From Rebecca billardiae RCC1528 (lineage: Eukaryota > Protista > Haptophyta), in contig OZ251253.1 of the NCBI GenBank assembly GCA_965240325.2, forward strand, positions 558,001 to 622,000: a stretch of 64,000 nt of DNA, in the 5' to 3' direction. Positions 1 through 11,519 of this stretch are shown here, in pieces; within the stretch, counting starts at the first letter, position 1; each line of letters starts with the position of its first letter. The notes under the pieces were generated by a model that searched no databases, had not been told where the DNA came from, and was given only the letters and a program-made list of their open reading frames with translations. The position numbers and the translations under genes are program-made.

Positions 1-716
1 GCCGCCCCCCGCCGAGCATATATGCATGCTGCGGAACTGGAACAAAACAAAGTCACCCGGGCAGAAAAGCCCGGGCCAGTCGGGCAGAAAAGCCCGGGGC
101 AGCCGCGAAGGGGCCGCCCCCCGCCGAGCATACGCATGCTGCGGAACTGGAACAAAACAAAGTCACCCGGGCAGAAAAGCCCGGGCCAGTCGGGCAGAAA
201 AGCCCGGGGCAGCCGCGAAGGGGCCGCCCCCCGCCGAGCATACGCATGCTGCGGAACTGGAACAAAACAAAATTACCCGGGCAGAAAAGCCCGGGCCAGT
301 CGGGCAGAAAAGCCCGGGGCAGCCGCGAAGGGGCCGCCCCCCGCCGAGCATATATGCATGCTGCGGAACTGGAACAAAAAAAAGTCACCCGGGCAGAAAA
401 GCCCGGGCCAGTCGGGCAGAAAAGCCCGGGGCAGCCGCGAAGGGGCCGCCCCCCGCCGAGCATACGCATGCTGCGGAACTGGAACAAAACAAAGTCACCC
501 GGGCAGAAAAGCCCGGGCCAGTCGGGCAGAAAAGCCCGGGGCAGCCGCGAAGGGGCCGCCCCCCGCCGAGCATACGCATGCTGCGGAACTGGAACAAAAC
601 AAAGTCACCCGGGCAGAAAAGCCCGGGCCAGTCGGGCAGAAAAGCCCGGGGCAGCCGCGAAGGGGCCGCCCCCCGCCGAGCATACGCATGCTGCGGAACT
701 GGAACAAAACAAAGTC
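1..716. repeat. ~110-bp tandem repeat (about 6.5 units, runs off the window start)
   Basis: The unit GCCGCCCCCCGCCGAGCATA...AGCCGCGAAGGG recurs at 1, 113, 223, 333 and onward. Each unit has an internal duplicated CGGGCAGAAAAGCCCGGG. Confidence 0.95.
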
Positions 717-764
717 GCCAAAACCAAGTGCCAGTCAGGCAGAGAACGTCGCTGACTGAGCAGT

Positions 765-2735
765 GTCGAGGCAGGAGCGCTGCGGCAGCGAGCGCGCCGG
801 CGGGGCGGCCGCAGGCCGTTGTTGAGCTGCGCGAGCGCGCGCTCGCCCTGCTGCGGGCGAGCGGCAGCGAGCGGCGGTGCGAATGGAGCGTGCGGCGAGC
901 ACGGCCACGCCGAGTGCGAGCGGCACCGCCACCGCGCGCCGAGGAGGCAGCAGCGGGCGGCGAGCTGTCGAGGCCGGAGCGCGGCGGCGGCGAGCGCGGC
1001 GGCGGCGCTGCAGCAGGCTGTGTCGAGCTGCGCGAGCGTGCGCTCACCCTGCTGCGGGCGAGCGGCAGCAAAAGCGAGCGGCGGCGCGAATGGAGCGTGC
1101 GGCGAGCACGGCCACGCCGAGTGCACGCGGCACCACCACCGCGTGCTGTGGCGGCAGCAGGCAGGAGCGCGGCAGCAGCGAGCGCGGCGGCAGTGTGGCA
1201 GCAGGCTGTTGTTGGGCTGCGCGAGTGCGCGCTCGCCCTGCTGCGGGCGAGCGGCAGCGAGCGGCGGCGCGAATGGAGCGTGCGGCGAGCACGGCCACGC
1301 CGAGTGCAAGCGGCACCACCACCGCGTGCTGTGGCGGCAGCAGGCGCAGCGGGCAGCGAGCCGTCGAGGCAGGAGCGCGGCAGCAGCGAGCGCGGCGGCA
1401 GTGTGGCAGCAGGCTGTGTCGAGCTGCGCGAGCGTGCGCTCACCCTGCTGCGGCCGAGCGGCAGCAAAAGCGAGCGGCGGCGCGAATGGAGCGTGCGGCG
1501 AGCACGGCCACGCCGAGTGCAAGCGGCACCACCACCGCGTGCTGTGGCGGCAGCAGGCGCAGCGGGCAGCGAGCCGTCGAGGCAGGAGCGCTGCAGCAGC
1601 GAGCGCGGCGGCAGTGTGGCAGCAGGCTGTTGTTGGGCTGCGCGAGTGCGCGCTCGCCCTGCTGCTGGCGAGCGGCAGCGAGCGGCGGGGCGAATGGAGC
1701 GTGCGGCGAGCACGGCCACGCCGAGTGCAAGCGGCACCACCACCGCGTGCTGTGGCGGCAGCAGGCGCAGCGGGCAGCGAGCCGTCGAGGCAGGAGCGCG
1801 GCAGCAGCGAGCGCGGCGGCAGTGTGGCAGCCGGCTGTTGTTGGGCTGCGCGAGTGCGCGCTCACCCTGCTGCGGGCGAGCGGCAGCAAAGGCGAGCGGC
1901 GGCGCGAATGGAGCGTGCGGCGAGCACGGCCACGCCGAGTGCACGCGGCACCACCACCGCGTGCTGTGGCGGCAGCAGGCGCAGCGGGCAGCGAGCCGTC
2001 GAGGCAGGAGCGCGGCAGCAGCGAGCGCGGCGGCAGTGTGGCAGCAGGCTGTTGTTGGGCTGCGCGAGTGCGCGCTCGCCCTGCTGCGGGCGAGCGGCAG
2101 CAAAAGCGAGCGGCGGCGCGAATGGAGCGTGCGGCGAGCACGGCCACGCCGAGTGCAAGCGGCACCACCACCGCGTGCTGTGGCGGCAGCAGGCGCAGCG
2201 GGCAGCGAGCCGTCGAGGCAGGAGCGCGGCAGCAGCGAGCGCGGCGGCAGTGTGGCAGCAGGCTGTTGTTGGGCTGCGCGAGTGCGCGCTCGCCCTGCTG
2301 CGGGCGGGCGGCAGCGAGCGACGGCGCGAATGGAGCGGGCGGCGAGCACGGCCACGCCGAGTGCAAGCGGCACCACCACGGCGCGCCGTGGCGGCGGCAG
2401 CAGCGACGACGAGCACGAGCAAACAAGCACCACCACCATCGCGCGCCTGTTGCGTTGTGCGGGCGCGCGCTCGCCCTGCTGCGGGCGAGCGGCAGCGAGC
2501 GGTGGCGCGAATGGAGCGTGTGGCGAGCACGGCCACGCCGAGTGCAAGCGGCACCACCACCACGCGCCGTGGCGGGCCGAGTGCAAGCGGCACCACCACC
2601 GCGCGCCGTGGCGGCGGCAGCAGCGACGACGAGCACGAGCAAACAAGCACCACCACCATCGCGCGCCTGTTGCGTTGTGCGAGCGCGCACTCGCCCTGCT
2701 GCGGGCGAGCGGCAGCGAGCGGCGGCGCGAAGAGC
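765..2735. repeat. ~210-bp GC-rich tandem repeat with degenerate ends
   Basis: GTCGAGGCAGGAGCGC recurs at about 1363, 1576, 1784, 1998 and 2212, with shorter or variant units on both sides. Confidence 0.9.
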
Positions 2736-3097
2736 GAGCGAGCACGAGCAAAGAAGCACGCGACGGCGAAGGAGATGGGGCCTCGTTTGCTGATGATGAG
2801 GCAAGGGGCCCACTGGCAGTAACTGATGAGCAGCTTGTGAGCTCGGCGCGAAAGGTCGTAAAGTGCCGATTTGTGTGAGCTCGACTGGTTAGTTGCTTGA
2901 TGAACTGGAAAGCTGCCACTCGGATGACTGCAGATGATCTTGGATATGATCTCGAGCGCCGTACCAGCACGAAGCAACTACCTGCAGGATCAGGTAGACG
3001 ATGGAGGCCCTTGGCCTTGGCTGTCACGACACTGCGACGCATCACCTTCCAGCCTCCCGACACATTCGGTTATAACTGCGTTATAACGCCACATATA

Positions 3098-3408
3098 TGT
3101 CAGGGAACGCGTCTCGAGGCTTGACGGTCGCGAGGTCGGTCGACGGCTTCGGCTCTTGTTTGCGGTGGAGAGCACAGCTAGTTCGTGGTGCTCGGCTCAT
3201 GTTTCCGCGTTCATTCAGAATCATCTGGAATACTTCGAGATGCCGCCGCCAGCCATGCTGTCCTGCTGTATTTTAGGATGAGGTTCAGGTTGATTTTGGA
3301 GGATTTTGTGCGAGCGCCGCCGCAGCGGTCGCGCCGCCACTGTGTGACTGCGAGTAAAATGTTGGATTGGAAATTGGAAATCACTGTAGATTGGCGATTC
3401 CTTTGACA
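3098..3408 (-). repeat. 3' LTR (311 bp)
   Basis: Direct repeat of 6244-6554 with TG...CA termini, adjacent to the PPT. Confidence 0.95.
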
Positions 3409-3673
3409 CCCCCCCTCAATCCAATATGCGCTCGTCTGTGAGGACTAAGCTTGGATTATGAGTGATTTTGGGCTTGGTATTGTTTGTGCATCTGTGTGCA
3501 TGAGTGAATTGGAGTCAGTAATGGTTGCCAATGCCAGGATACGGGTCATGTGCTGGGACTTCCGTGTGACGGTTTTGGGTAACCCGAGTCAGTCCTGGGC
3601 TTATTTGCACCATATGTTCACTCTTTGGCCTTGATCTTGGACCTTGTTATTGGGCTATGCCCTGCCTTGATAT

Positions 3674-6370
3674 TTAATCATAGGCATCCGGAGCAGGAAT
3701 ATCCAGGAAATGGATACGCTCCTTGGGAAATTTGTTGGCTCCCTTGTTTTTGCCTTTGTTGTAATTGTTGGCCTTGGGGCGTAGCTCTGGGTGGAGATTC
3801 CAACACTGCTGGGCAGTATGGTTCTTGAGACCACAGTGAGTGCACCGTTTGCCGGTGTCCGAGATATTCGGCCCGCTCTCGCCATTGGCTGGAGCCTTTT
3901 GGGCCTGAGCGGCGAAGACTTCGGCGCCCTCAAAGTCACCGCGTCGCCGCGTGCCTTGCTGATAATCAGCATTTTGGCGTATCTTGGAATAATTTTCGGT
4001 CTCTCTCCCCTTGGTATTGTTCTGATGGAGTAGCTTCATTGAGCCGTGCCGTTTGTAGGCATCTTCCATCTGGGCCATTATCTGGTCAGTGTTATCCACA
4101 CATTGCTCGGGCGTGAGCGCTCCGAAGTGCGAGATAACTGACTCGTAGACTTGGGGATGGTCGTGCATGCTGTTATACAGCTTGAAGACCAACATCGTAG
4201 CATCGTCCAGATTCCCATATCGAGATGAGCGGACTTGCTCGACGGATTTCTTGATAATGTCCGATGCGCCAATGGGCGACACCTTTGTCGGGTATAACTT
4301 CAGGAATTCATCCCTGAGTTCGGACATAGTTGTGATCTTGAGCTCGCGCTCAAATATCTGTAGCAGCAGCGCCAGATCCAAGTAGTTCTTGGTCGGATCG
4401 CTGATGTGCAGCTTCGATTCCAGATAGGCGAATAACTGAGGCTCGATAGAGTCCTTCAGCTGCTTGAATATCGCTGCCGCAGATCGATCGTAGACCGATC
4501 CGATCTTGTTGGCGTCAGCGTTGTCAGCCTTGTATGGATCGATTTTGGCTGCGTCTTTCACCCATTTGTCTTTGGCAATGAGTTGAAAGCCGGATAGCTT
4601 GCTATCCTTGGGCTCCATTATGTCAGGTGTGACATCTGAGGATTTGCCCTTGTAGTAGGTGCTCACTTCTGCGAGTGCATCCCGTATCGCGCTGTGTACC
4701 GCGCGCTTGGATTTCAGAGCCGACTGTGTCAGCTTGTGTGTGGCGGGTGTATCCACTCCTGCCGAGGATTCGCGTGCCATGAACACACGTTCCTTCTTGG
4801 TTGGATTAGAGTCTGTGACTCCTCCTTCGATGACTATCCAGTCACGTTTCTTCGACTCAAGTGCATTGGTCGATGTGTCGCGCGCGCTCTGTGGCGATTC
4901 GCGCTCTACCTTCGAGCGAGGAGTGACGCTCGTCGAGGCTGTGGTGCCTTCTTTGGGCTTCTTCACGCTCGTTCTGTCCAGCGGTGATGCATGTGCATCC
5001 GCGGCAGCTTCGGCGGAATACTCTTCCTTGCAAGAGTGTGGCGTTGTGATGGCTGACGCAGCTGATGCATGCGCACGCGCGTCGCGCTCGCCAACTTGGT
5101 TTTGCTGCGGCTTTGCCGTCAAGCAGGTGTATGATGCCCCCCCTGCATCGCATGCGCTTCCTACGTTCGACGCGAGTCGATACGTGCCAGACGAGGACTC
5201 TGCCGTCTCTGCGGCGGTCATCTCGCGGCTGCTTGTGTCGCTCGTGGCGAGCAGCTCGGCTTCGGAAGCCATCGTGAGGCTGGTAATTTTGGGGTAAACG
5301 TATTTGTTTGGGTCAGGCGCATCAATAATAAATGCGGCCGCTGACTTGATGCTTGAGCTCGCTGTGACAGAGTCACGTGTCGTAGCATCTTGGAGCATAG
5401 TTTGCTCTGCCAGACCATACAGGTCGTTTGCGTCGCACTCATCGGTGCTAATGTCCTCGTTCGATCGGTCAGACTCAGACACAGTGTCATGCGCGCGAGG
5501 CTGCAGACTGGCTGCGGCGGTGTCCCGACCTGCGCTGTCACAGGCGGCGGCCAGATGGCCAGCACGCGGAGCAGCGTCGGCAGGCTCGAGGGCCTCGACG
5601 GTCAAAGCGGCATCGGCGGCAGCAGCGTCGAGCGCTGCATCTGCCCCGGAACGCTTGGTGACCTCGTTCGATGACTCGGAGGCAGCAAGGCACTCCTTGA
5701 GCTGCGGGCACTCGGCCTCGCGCTCAGCCGCGCTTGCGGGCGCCAAGTCCCGGGCGGTAGTTGTTGAGATCCCCTGCGCAACGACGTGCGTGCGGATGGA
5801 GTGGCGCGATGGCGGGGGATGCGAGCGGCAACGCTCCTCCTCACCGCGCTGTGCGCGAACCTCCTCCTCAAGGTGATCCTTGATTGACTCGGCATGAATC
5901 CGGTCAACACGCGGTGCGATCGCACTCGACGCGTGGCTGCCTGAGTACAGGTCAGCGGTGTTGCCAGGCCCGTAAGCGCTGGAGATGGGCTTGCGGAGAA
6001 GCGTGAGCTTCTCGCCTTGCCGGTTCTTCTCAGCCTGCATGCCCCTCAGGGCAGCGGCGAGGTAGTCTGGCGTGCGCTTGCGCGCGATCGCCGATGAGCC
6101 GCGCGGCATTGCCGCGCGCTCTGCCACGCCTGGCTTCAACCCAATGAGGGGAGCAACTGGGGCGGGCTGATGGCCGTTCACGTCCTTGCCGCTGTTCTCG
6201 TCGTCTCCATCCTTGCCCAAGTTCTCCCAGCACCGTGCTAGCATGTCAGGGAACGCGTCTCGAGGCTTGACGGTCGCGAGGTCGGTCGACGGCTTCGGCT
6301 CTTGTTTGCGGTGGAGAGCACAGCTAGTTCGTGGTGCTCGGCTCATGTTTCCGCGTTCATTCAGAATCAT
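3674..6370 (-). CDS. gag: Retrotransposon Gag protein with C-terminal CCHC zinc knuckle (start codon uncertain)
   Basis: 898-aa ORF containing CTHCGLKNHTAQQCWNLHPE (CX2CX4HX4C followed by the Copia-like W..HP), with a helical capsid-like region upstream. It lies between the LTRs. Confidence 0.85.
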   Translation of the reverse strand: MILNERGNMSRAPRTSCALHRKQEPKPSTDLATVKPRDAFPDMLARCWENLGKDGDDENSGKDVNGHQPAPVAPLIGLKPGVAERAAMPRGSSAIARKRTPDYLAAALRGMQAEKNRQGEKLTLLRKPISSAYGPGNTADLYSGSHASSAIAPRVDRIHAESIKDHLEEEVRAQRGEEERCRSHPPPSRHSIRTHVVAQGISTTTARDLAPASAAEREAECPQLKECLAASESSNEVTKRSGADAALDAAAADAALTVEALEPADAAPRAGHLAAACDSAGRDTAAASLQPRAHDTVSESDRSNEDISTDECDANDLYGLAEQTMLQDATTRDSVTASSSIKSAAAFIIDAPDPNKYVYPKITSLTMASEAELLATSDTSSREMTAAETAESSSGTYRLASNVGSACDAGGASYTCLTAKPQQNQVGERDARAHASAASAITTPHSCKEEYSAEAAADAHASPLDRTSVKKPKEGTTASTSVTPRSKVERESPQSARDTSTNALESKKRDWIVIEGGVTDSNPTKKERVFMARESSAGVDTPATHKLTQSALKSKRAVHSAIRDALAEVSTYYKGKSSDVTPDIMEPKDSKLSGFQLIAKDKWVKDAAKIDPYKADNADANKIGSVYDRSAAAIFKQLKDSIEPQLFAYLESKLHISDPTKNYLDLALLLQIFERELKITTMSELRDEFLKLYPTKVSPIGASDIIKKSVEQVRSSRYGNLDDATMLVFKLYNSMHDHPQVYESVISHFGALTPEQCVDNTDQIMAQMEDAYKRHGSMKLLHQNNTKGRETENYSKIRQNADYQQGTRRRGDFEGAEVFAAQAQKAPANGESGPNISDTGKRCTHCGLKNHTAQQCWNLHPELRPKANNYNKGKNKGANKFPKERIHFLDIPAPDAYD

Positions 6371-6554
6371 CTGGAATACTTCGAGATGCCGCCGCCAGCC
6401 ATGCTGTCCTGCTGTATTTTAGGATGAGGTTCAGGTTGATTTTGGAGGATTTTGTGCGAGCGCCGCCGCAGCGGTCGCGCCGCCACTGTGTGACTGCGAG
6501 TAAAATGTTGGATTGGAAATTGGAAATCACTGTAGATTGGCGATTCCTTTGACA
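6244..6554 (-). repeat. 5' LTR (311 bp)
   Basis: Appears identical to 3098-3408 by eye. Confidence 0.95.
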
Positions 6555-6901
6555 ATATATATTATTATTATTAGTATTATTCAGTTATTGAGGAAATTGG
6601 GCCCTCATAGAGAGCGAGTAAGTACTAGTGAGAGCGAGGCAACAGTCACAGGCAATGATACGGACCTGCCACGTTAAGAACCTGGGGTTTACTATCTGCG
6701 GGTCTGGCCGCCTAGAAACTGAGATCGGCGATTGGCTGGTTCGCGCTATACGCGATACTCACAGTAGTCCCACTAAGAAATAAAGCGCGAAACTACGCGT
6801 AGCGTTACGTAGTACGTCCTCAGCCGGCGGCCGGAGCGCGGCTCGGCGGCGCGCGTTGCGGCGCGAGCCTAGCCTGGCGACTCCAACCGCCAGGTCCAGG
6901 G

Positions 6902-7471
6902 GCGTTGCGCCAGCTGGACAAACGCCCTCCGGTCTTTTCAGATCTGCGCTTTTCAAAACGAAATGTTCCGCGCTCTGTTTAGGGCGAAGCGCGGTGGATG
7001 GCGGCTCGCCGCCGCATGGGCGGGCGAGTCGCCGCTGCCCGCAGAAAACGTGCGTCGGAGGCAAGGAAGCAGGCAGATGGCGCGTCGCGCGCGTCGTAGA
7101 ATTCGGCCGTGACGCTCGCCAGCCTCAGCGCGCGCGGCGAAGCCAAGTCCATGGGCGCACTGCGTGCAGGCGGCACGGCCACGCCGCTCGGCCGCGCGAC
7201 CGGCCTCGCAAGCGTCCTTGCGGCGCGAAAGGGCATCCCAGCTGCGGTCATTCGACTTGTGCGTCGGGAGACGTGTGCCATCTAGCCAACGCGCACGCGC
7301 CGCGAGCTGCACGACGTGCGCACACGTCGCCCGCCGCACCGGTCAGGCGTGCGCCGCAAGCGGCACAGCGGGAGAGGGCCCCGATCCGAGTGCAGGTCTC
7401 GCCGGGGCCCTCCACAAGTCCAAGGATCCTGGACGGTGGGTCCCTTCGCGTTTGTCCAGCTGGCGCAACGC
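6902..7471. mobile_element. Segment bounded by a perfect 24-bp inverted repeat (possible MITE)
   Basis: GCGTTGCGCCAGCTGGACAAACGC at 6902-6925 and its reverse complement at 7448-7471. No TSD seen. Confidence 0.45.
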
Positions 7472-9349
7472 TCTGTCCGAGTGCCCTTCTCAACCACTGG
7501 CAGTGGGCCTGCATATCCTCTTGCACCAACATACACTATATACGCGTGTAATGCCAGGAGATTTGCTCCAGCAAAGGTGCCCAACTGCTGTTTTCTTCGG
7601 CCGGCCTCGCCGGCCGGGCCTAAAGACTCCGCTGGGGCGGCTCTGCCCCCTGCGCTGCGCCCCGGCCGCGTTGAGACTGCCAGCCGTGCGAGGCGGACGC
7701 GAACCTAAGAAACCGAGAATCAGCAGGCTGCGCTCGGGCTACCGAACGGCTAAGAAACCGAGACAGTAGCAGTGGGATCTGTCTGATGACTTCTTATTAC
7801 CCGCGATTGTACGTCTGCATATTTGACCGCAAAGTCCGCAGCACTTCTTTCATCGATTTATTATTTGAATGAACTCTACTGCTGCTGCCGTAATAATCGC
7901 GGGCGCTTACTTATCAACGCGCGCAGTTGGGAGCGGCCAGCGGTGGCAGTAGTGCACTCTCCATTGCAGTTGTGAAGTCGTATTCTCGTCATTACCTTCA
8001 CCTATATACCTGACTGCCGACTCCGATATGTCCGCACCAGAGGACTGGCGACCGGTCGATTGAATAAGTGTCCAACCAACTCTTGGTCTATCGACTGCCC
8101 ACTACATCCGACAGCAGTTGCATGAGTCGTGCCACGGACGATTCTGATGCCTACTACTTATTACTACTACATACTGTTAAAGGAGTCGGCGGGCGGTGCG
8201 ACAGCACAGCCTGGTCATCATCAGTGAGCAATCTTGCGCTGCTGCCCATGAGCCAACCAGACACTCATCGCGGACTCGCCAACCGAGCAGTGCTACTCCG
8301 GGACACACTGCCACCAGTTTACGCACGCACTCCTGTGCTGCTGTCATGATCGCGATATCAACTGATGCGACTGCCTTATTGGCTCGGTCTGCAGCCTGAC
8401 GCGGGTCGGATAGCGCCAGCGGCCGCAGGTGCCGAGCCGGAGTGAGCAAGTGGGCGGGCGGCGTTGCCGCGTGGGCGTCCCGTGCGGACTATGTGAGACT
8501 GAGTAATGCGCGCTTGCCTGGGGTTTGATAATATGACGTGCGCTGTTCGCAGCCTGCGCCGCTGTCGTAGACAGCCAGCGCCGCAGCAGGTCTGGTCTCA
8601 GACCCGCGCCGGACCGATCGCTCGGCCAGTCATCGCCCGCAGCGCAGCACGTCATCAGGCCCATCATCAGCATCCGATTCGTCATGGCAGCATGCAGCGC
8701 CGCTGGTACTGATGCTACGACTTATAATGCTCATCATCACTCAGTCGCCCGCAGCAGATGTCAAAATCCGATTCTCGGTAACCGAGTTAGTAGTCCGTCA
8801 CTGGCGCGCTCGAGTGATACGATTGTATACTCCTGGCGCCGCTTGCGCGGCGCCAGGACCGTCATCGTCGTAGTCCGATATTAGCCCCCACTAACAGCAT
8901 CAGCGATGGCAGATTGACCGCGCGGACCGTTAGCCCGTCGCTATAGCTAGTGCCTGGCGCAGTCACTCTTACCGTGACCCGTAATTATGAGCGGTGCCTC
9001 TGCTATTAATAGTCAGCCGGTACTAATAAGTCCGATACAGCCTGCTGTCGGCTCATCCCATGCCTCGCTGCGACTCAGGGGGCAGCTGGGAATGATATGC
9101 TGATCGGCCACTGGCCGAAGAAGCAGCAGCCAAGAGTTTGCGCTGCAGGCGGTGCAGTGCCAGCTCGGGCACGACGCTGCACACTTAATGCTCACTGACA
9201 CGTCGTCGTTATAGTCAGAGACATTAGCTGGGCCGACCTCCTGACTGCTGCGGCGCCAACACGCAGCGACAGCAGCTTGGCGCGTGCGCGCAAATGCGAG
9301 GTGGTGCGCGGGTGTGCGCATCACCCGGGTGCAGGAACTGCTGGGTCAG

Positions 9350-10309
9350 TCAGGCACCGCGCACGATGATGTCATTGAGGAGCGCGTCGAAAAAGTCGGT
9401 GCCGCCAATGAACGTGGTCGTACCGGCGTCGCCGGGAACGCACACGTGCGACTGCCATGCGGCGTGCATGGAGCTCGGGCTGAGCTCCGCGCCGCCGGAA
9501 GAGACGCTTGGCGCCGTCGAGAGCGTATTGGGGAAGGGCGGCGCTGGCAGGTCTGCCGACGCTGCGGCACACGGCAACGGCTGCTGCTGCAGGAGCAGCT
9601 GGTGGTGGTGGTCGACGCCCAACACGCCCTTGGTGGCGCCGTGCAGGCTGCACTGGAAGGCGCACGACGCGTCAGCATGCTGCACGATGCGCGCGTTGGC
9701 GGCGTGGTTGAGCACAGCGCGAGGGGCGCGCGCCTGCTGGACGAGGCCGCTGTTCCCTGCCGAAGGGAGCTGGTGCGCGACCAGCACGTGGAAGGGCACG
9801 ATCGGCTGCTGCTGCTGCGCTGCTCGCCACGCGAGCACATCGTCGGGCGAGGGCAGCGCGGCGTTGTCCGACTGGGCGTTCGCCCGGCCTGACATGGCCC
9901 TGGGTGGCAGGTCCATGCTCACGCGCGCACTCGACGGTGCACTTATTGGCGCGGCGCTCGGAGTCGCGGACATGTTCACGTGTGCGTCCCAGCGAGACGT
10001 GTCCGGCCGCGCGACGGCAGCAAGGGCCTGCGGTGCAAGGAGTGAGGGGAGCACGGCTGAGATCGGGCCCTCGAGCGTCGTGTTCGGCACGGCGTCTGCG
10101 CCGTGCCGCTTGCGCAGGCGCTGCCGCTTGTTCTGGAACCAGATCCTGGCTTGGCGCCGGTGGACGTTGAGCGACTTGGCGAGCGCATCGACCGTCAGCC
10201 GGTTGGGCATGTTCGACACGCTGAAGACGGACTCGAGAAGCAGCCGCTGCGCTGGGAGCGGCCTCCAGCGGTGCCGCACGTGCGCGTTAGATCGGTCGGC
10301 GTCAGGCAT
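9350..10309 (-). CDS. Homeodomain transcription factor (319 aa, single exon)
   Basis: N-terminal RHRWRPLPAQRLLLESVF...LAKSLNVHRRQARIWFQNKRQR contains the canonical WFQNKR helix 3. The C-terminus is Q/H-rich and low complexity. Confidence 0.92.
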   Translation of the reverse strand: MPDADRSNAHVRHRWRPLPAQRLLLESVFSVSNMPNRLTVDALAKSLNVHRRQARIWFQNKRQRLRKRHGADAVPNTTLEGPISAVLPSLLAPQALAAVARPDTSRWDAHVNMSATPSAAPISAPSSARVSMDLPPRAMSGRANAQSDNAALPSPDDVLAWRAAQQQQPIVPFHVLVAHQLPSAGNSGLVQQARAPRAVLNHAANARIVQHADASCAFQCSLHGATKGVLGVDHHHQLLLQQQPLPCAAASADLPAPPFPNTLSTAPSVSSGGAELSPSSMHAAWQSHVCVPGDAGTTTFIGGTDFFDALLNDIIVRGA

Positions 10310-11519
10310 GGTTTGAACCCCGGGGACGACTCGGGAGCGGGGGGAGGGCCGAGCGACAGCGAGGGGCGGGATGCGACGTCCACTCGTCTTTTGTGCGCAC
10401 GACTTCCGACCGAGTCAGTCCGACGAGCTGGGTGACCTTTCGCGGTGGGAGGTGCGCGCGCGCGTGATTCGCGACTTTCGTTAACCAACCACGCGCGTCG
10501 CTAAAAACGGAACGGTGTAAACGCGCCCAGCTTTCATCGTGCGAATGATTATTCGAGCTTCCAATCGCAAAATCGAAGATTCCACCGAATGCGAGCTCGC
10601 CAGCCAGTAGTGTGGGTAGACTTCACACATATCAGGCCAAGTAGTAATAAATGGTTTCGCCCGGATTGAAGCATCTGCTTTATACCCACAACGATACTAG
10701 GGTCTGATGAGGTTGCGATACTTTCAACTTGGGGGCGGCGAGGTTTCAAGGATCGCCCATATATCTCCGTCGATGTTGAGTATAATCAATCAGTCAATGG
10801 GATGTCAACGACGACCATGGACTCAGATGTGTTTAAGTTCGAGACTCACTTTGATGTGAACGTCGTTCACCCGCCTACTATCATCATAAATGAGATGCGC
10901 ACTGGCCAACCTATGCTGTCGAGTGTCGACGATCGGGCACTGCCGCCGAATCAGGAGACCCGCGTCGTCCTACTTTACCTGTGTCGTTGTAAATCACAAA
11001 ATGGGTCCAGAGCTACCCAATGATAGCTCCACCCGGACCGGACCCCCCCGCGGCCGGGGCTCGTGACTCAAACCCCTGAAGGGCGGCACCGTGCCCCCGG
11101 TGCCGCTGCGAGCGTACCTCGCGAGCGTCGTTGCGGACGAATATGGCCCGTGCGCGCGGACGCGACGAGCCTGGTAGTCGACCAAGGTAGTCATACATAG
11201 TCCCCAGGTACGCGTCGGCGGTCAGCTCCTCGCCTCACTCTCCGCCAACGCGCGCAGTGCGCGCAAAGGCGTCGCTGCAGTTGGATGCAACTCGCACCGC
11301 GCACGCACGTGCACTGCGCCCACCTGATGACCGTGCAGGACCCAGAATCGTAAGTGTCGGGTAGGCATATGATTACTGCGACCAGGCGCGCGCGTGCGCC
11401 CGCAACCTGAGGACGTACACTGCCCACACGGCACGGGCATGACCGAGTGCGTCGACACACGCAATTCAAACGCAGTCGTGTAGCAGAGCCAACAACTCAC
11501 TCTAGAGACGCCTCGAGAC

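Larger units (their letters stand above)
3098..6554 (-). mobile_element. Gag-only (non-autonomous) Copia-like LTR retrotransposon
   Basis: 311-bp LTRs at 3098-3408 and 6244-6554, both TGTCA...TGACA. 5-bp TSD ATATA (3093-3097 and 6555-6559). Minus-strand polypurine tract ATTGAGGGGGGG abuts the LTR at 3409. A single Gag ORF and no recognisable PR/IN/RT/RH. Confidence 0.93.

Noticed and set aside
22-3063. Long ORFs (950, 892, 667 aa and others) on both strands
   Set aside because: They are by-products of stop-poor GC-rich tandem repeats: open in most frames with no domain signal.
3098-3408. Hammerhead ribozyme in the LTRs or hairpin arrays (retrozyme idea)
   Set aside because: No correctly spaced CUGANGA/GAAA core was found by eye. 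A covariance-model scan would be needed to exclude it fully.
3409-3673. Protease/pol remnant after gag (a TDSG tetrapeptide)
   Set aside because: It lies in a short closed frame without the surrounding Copia protease context.
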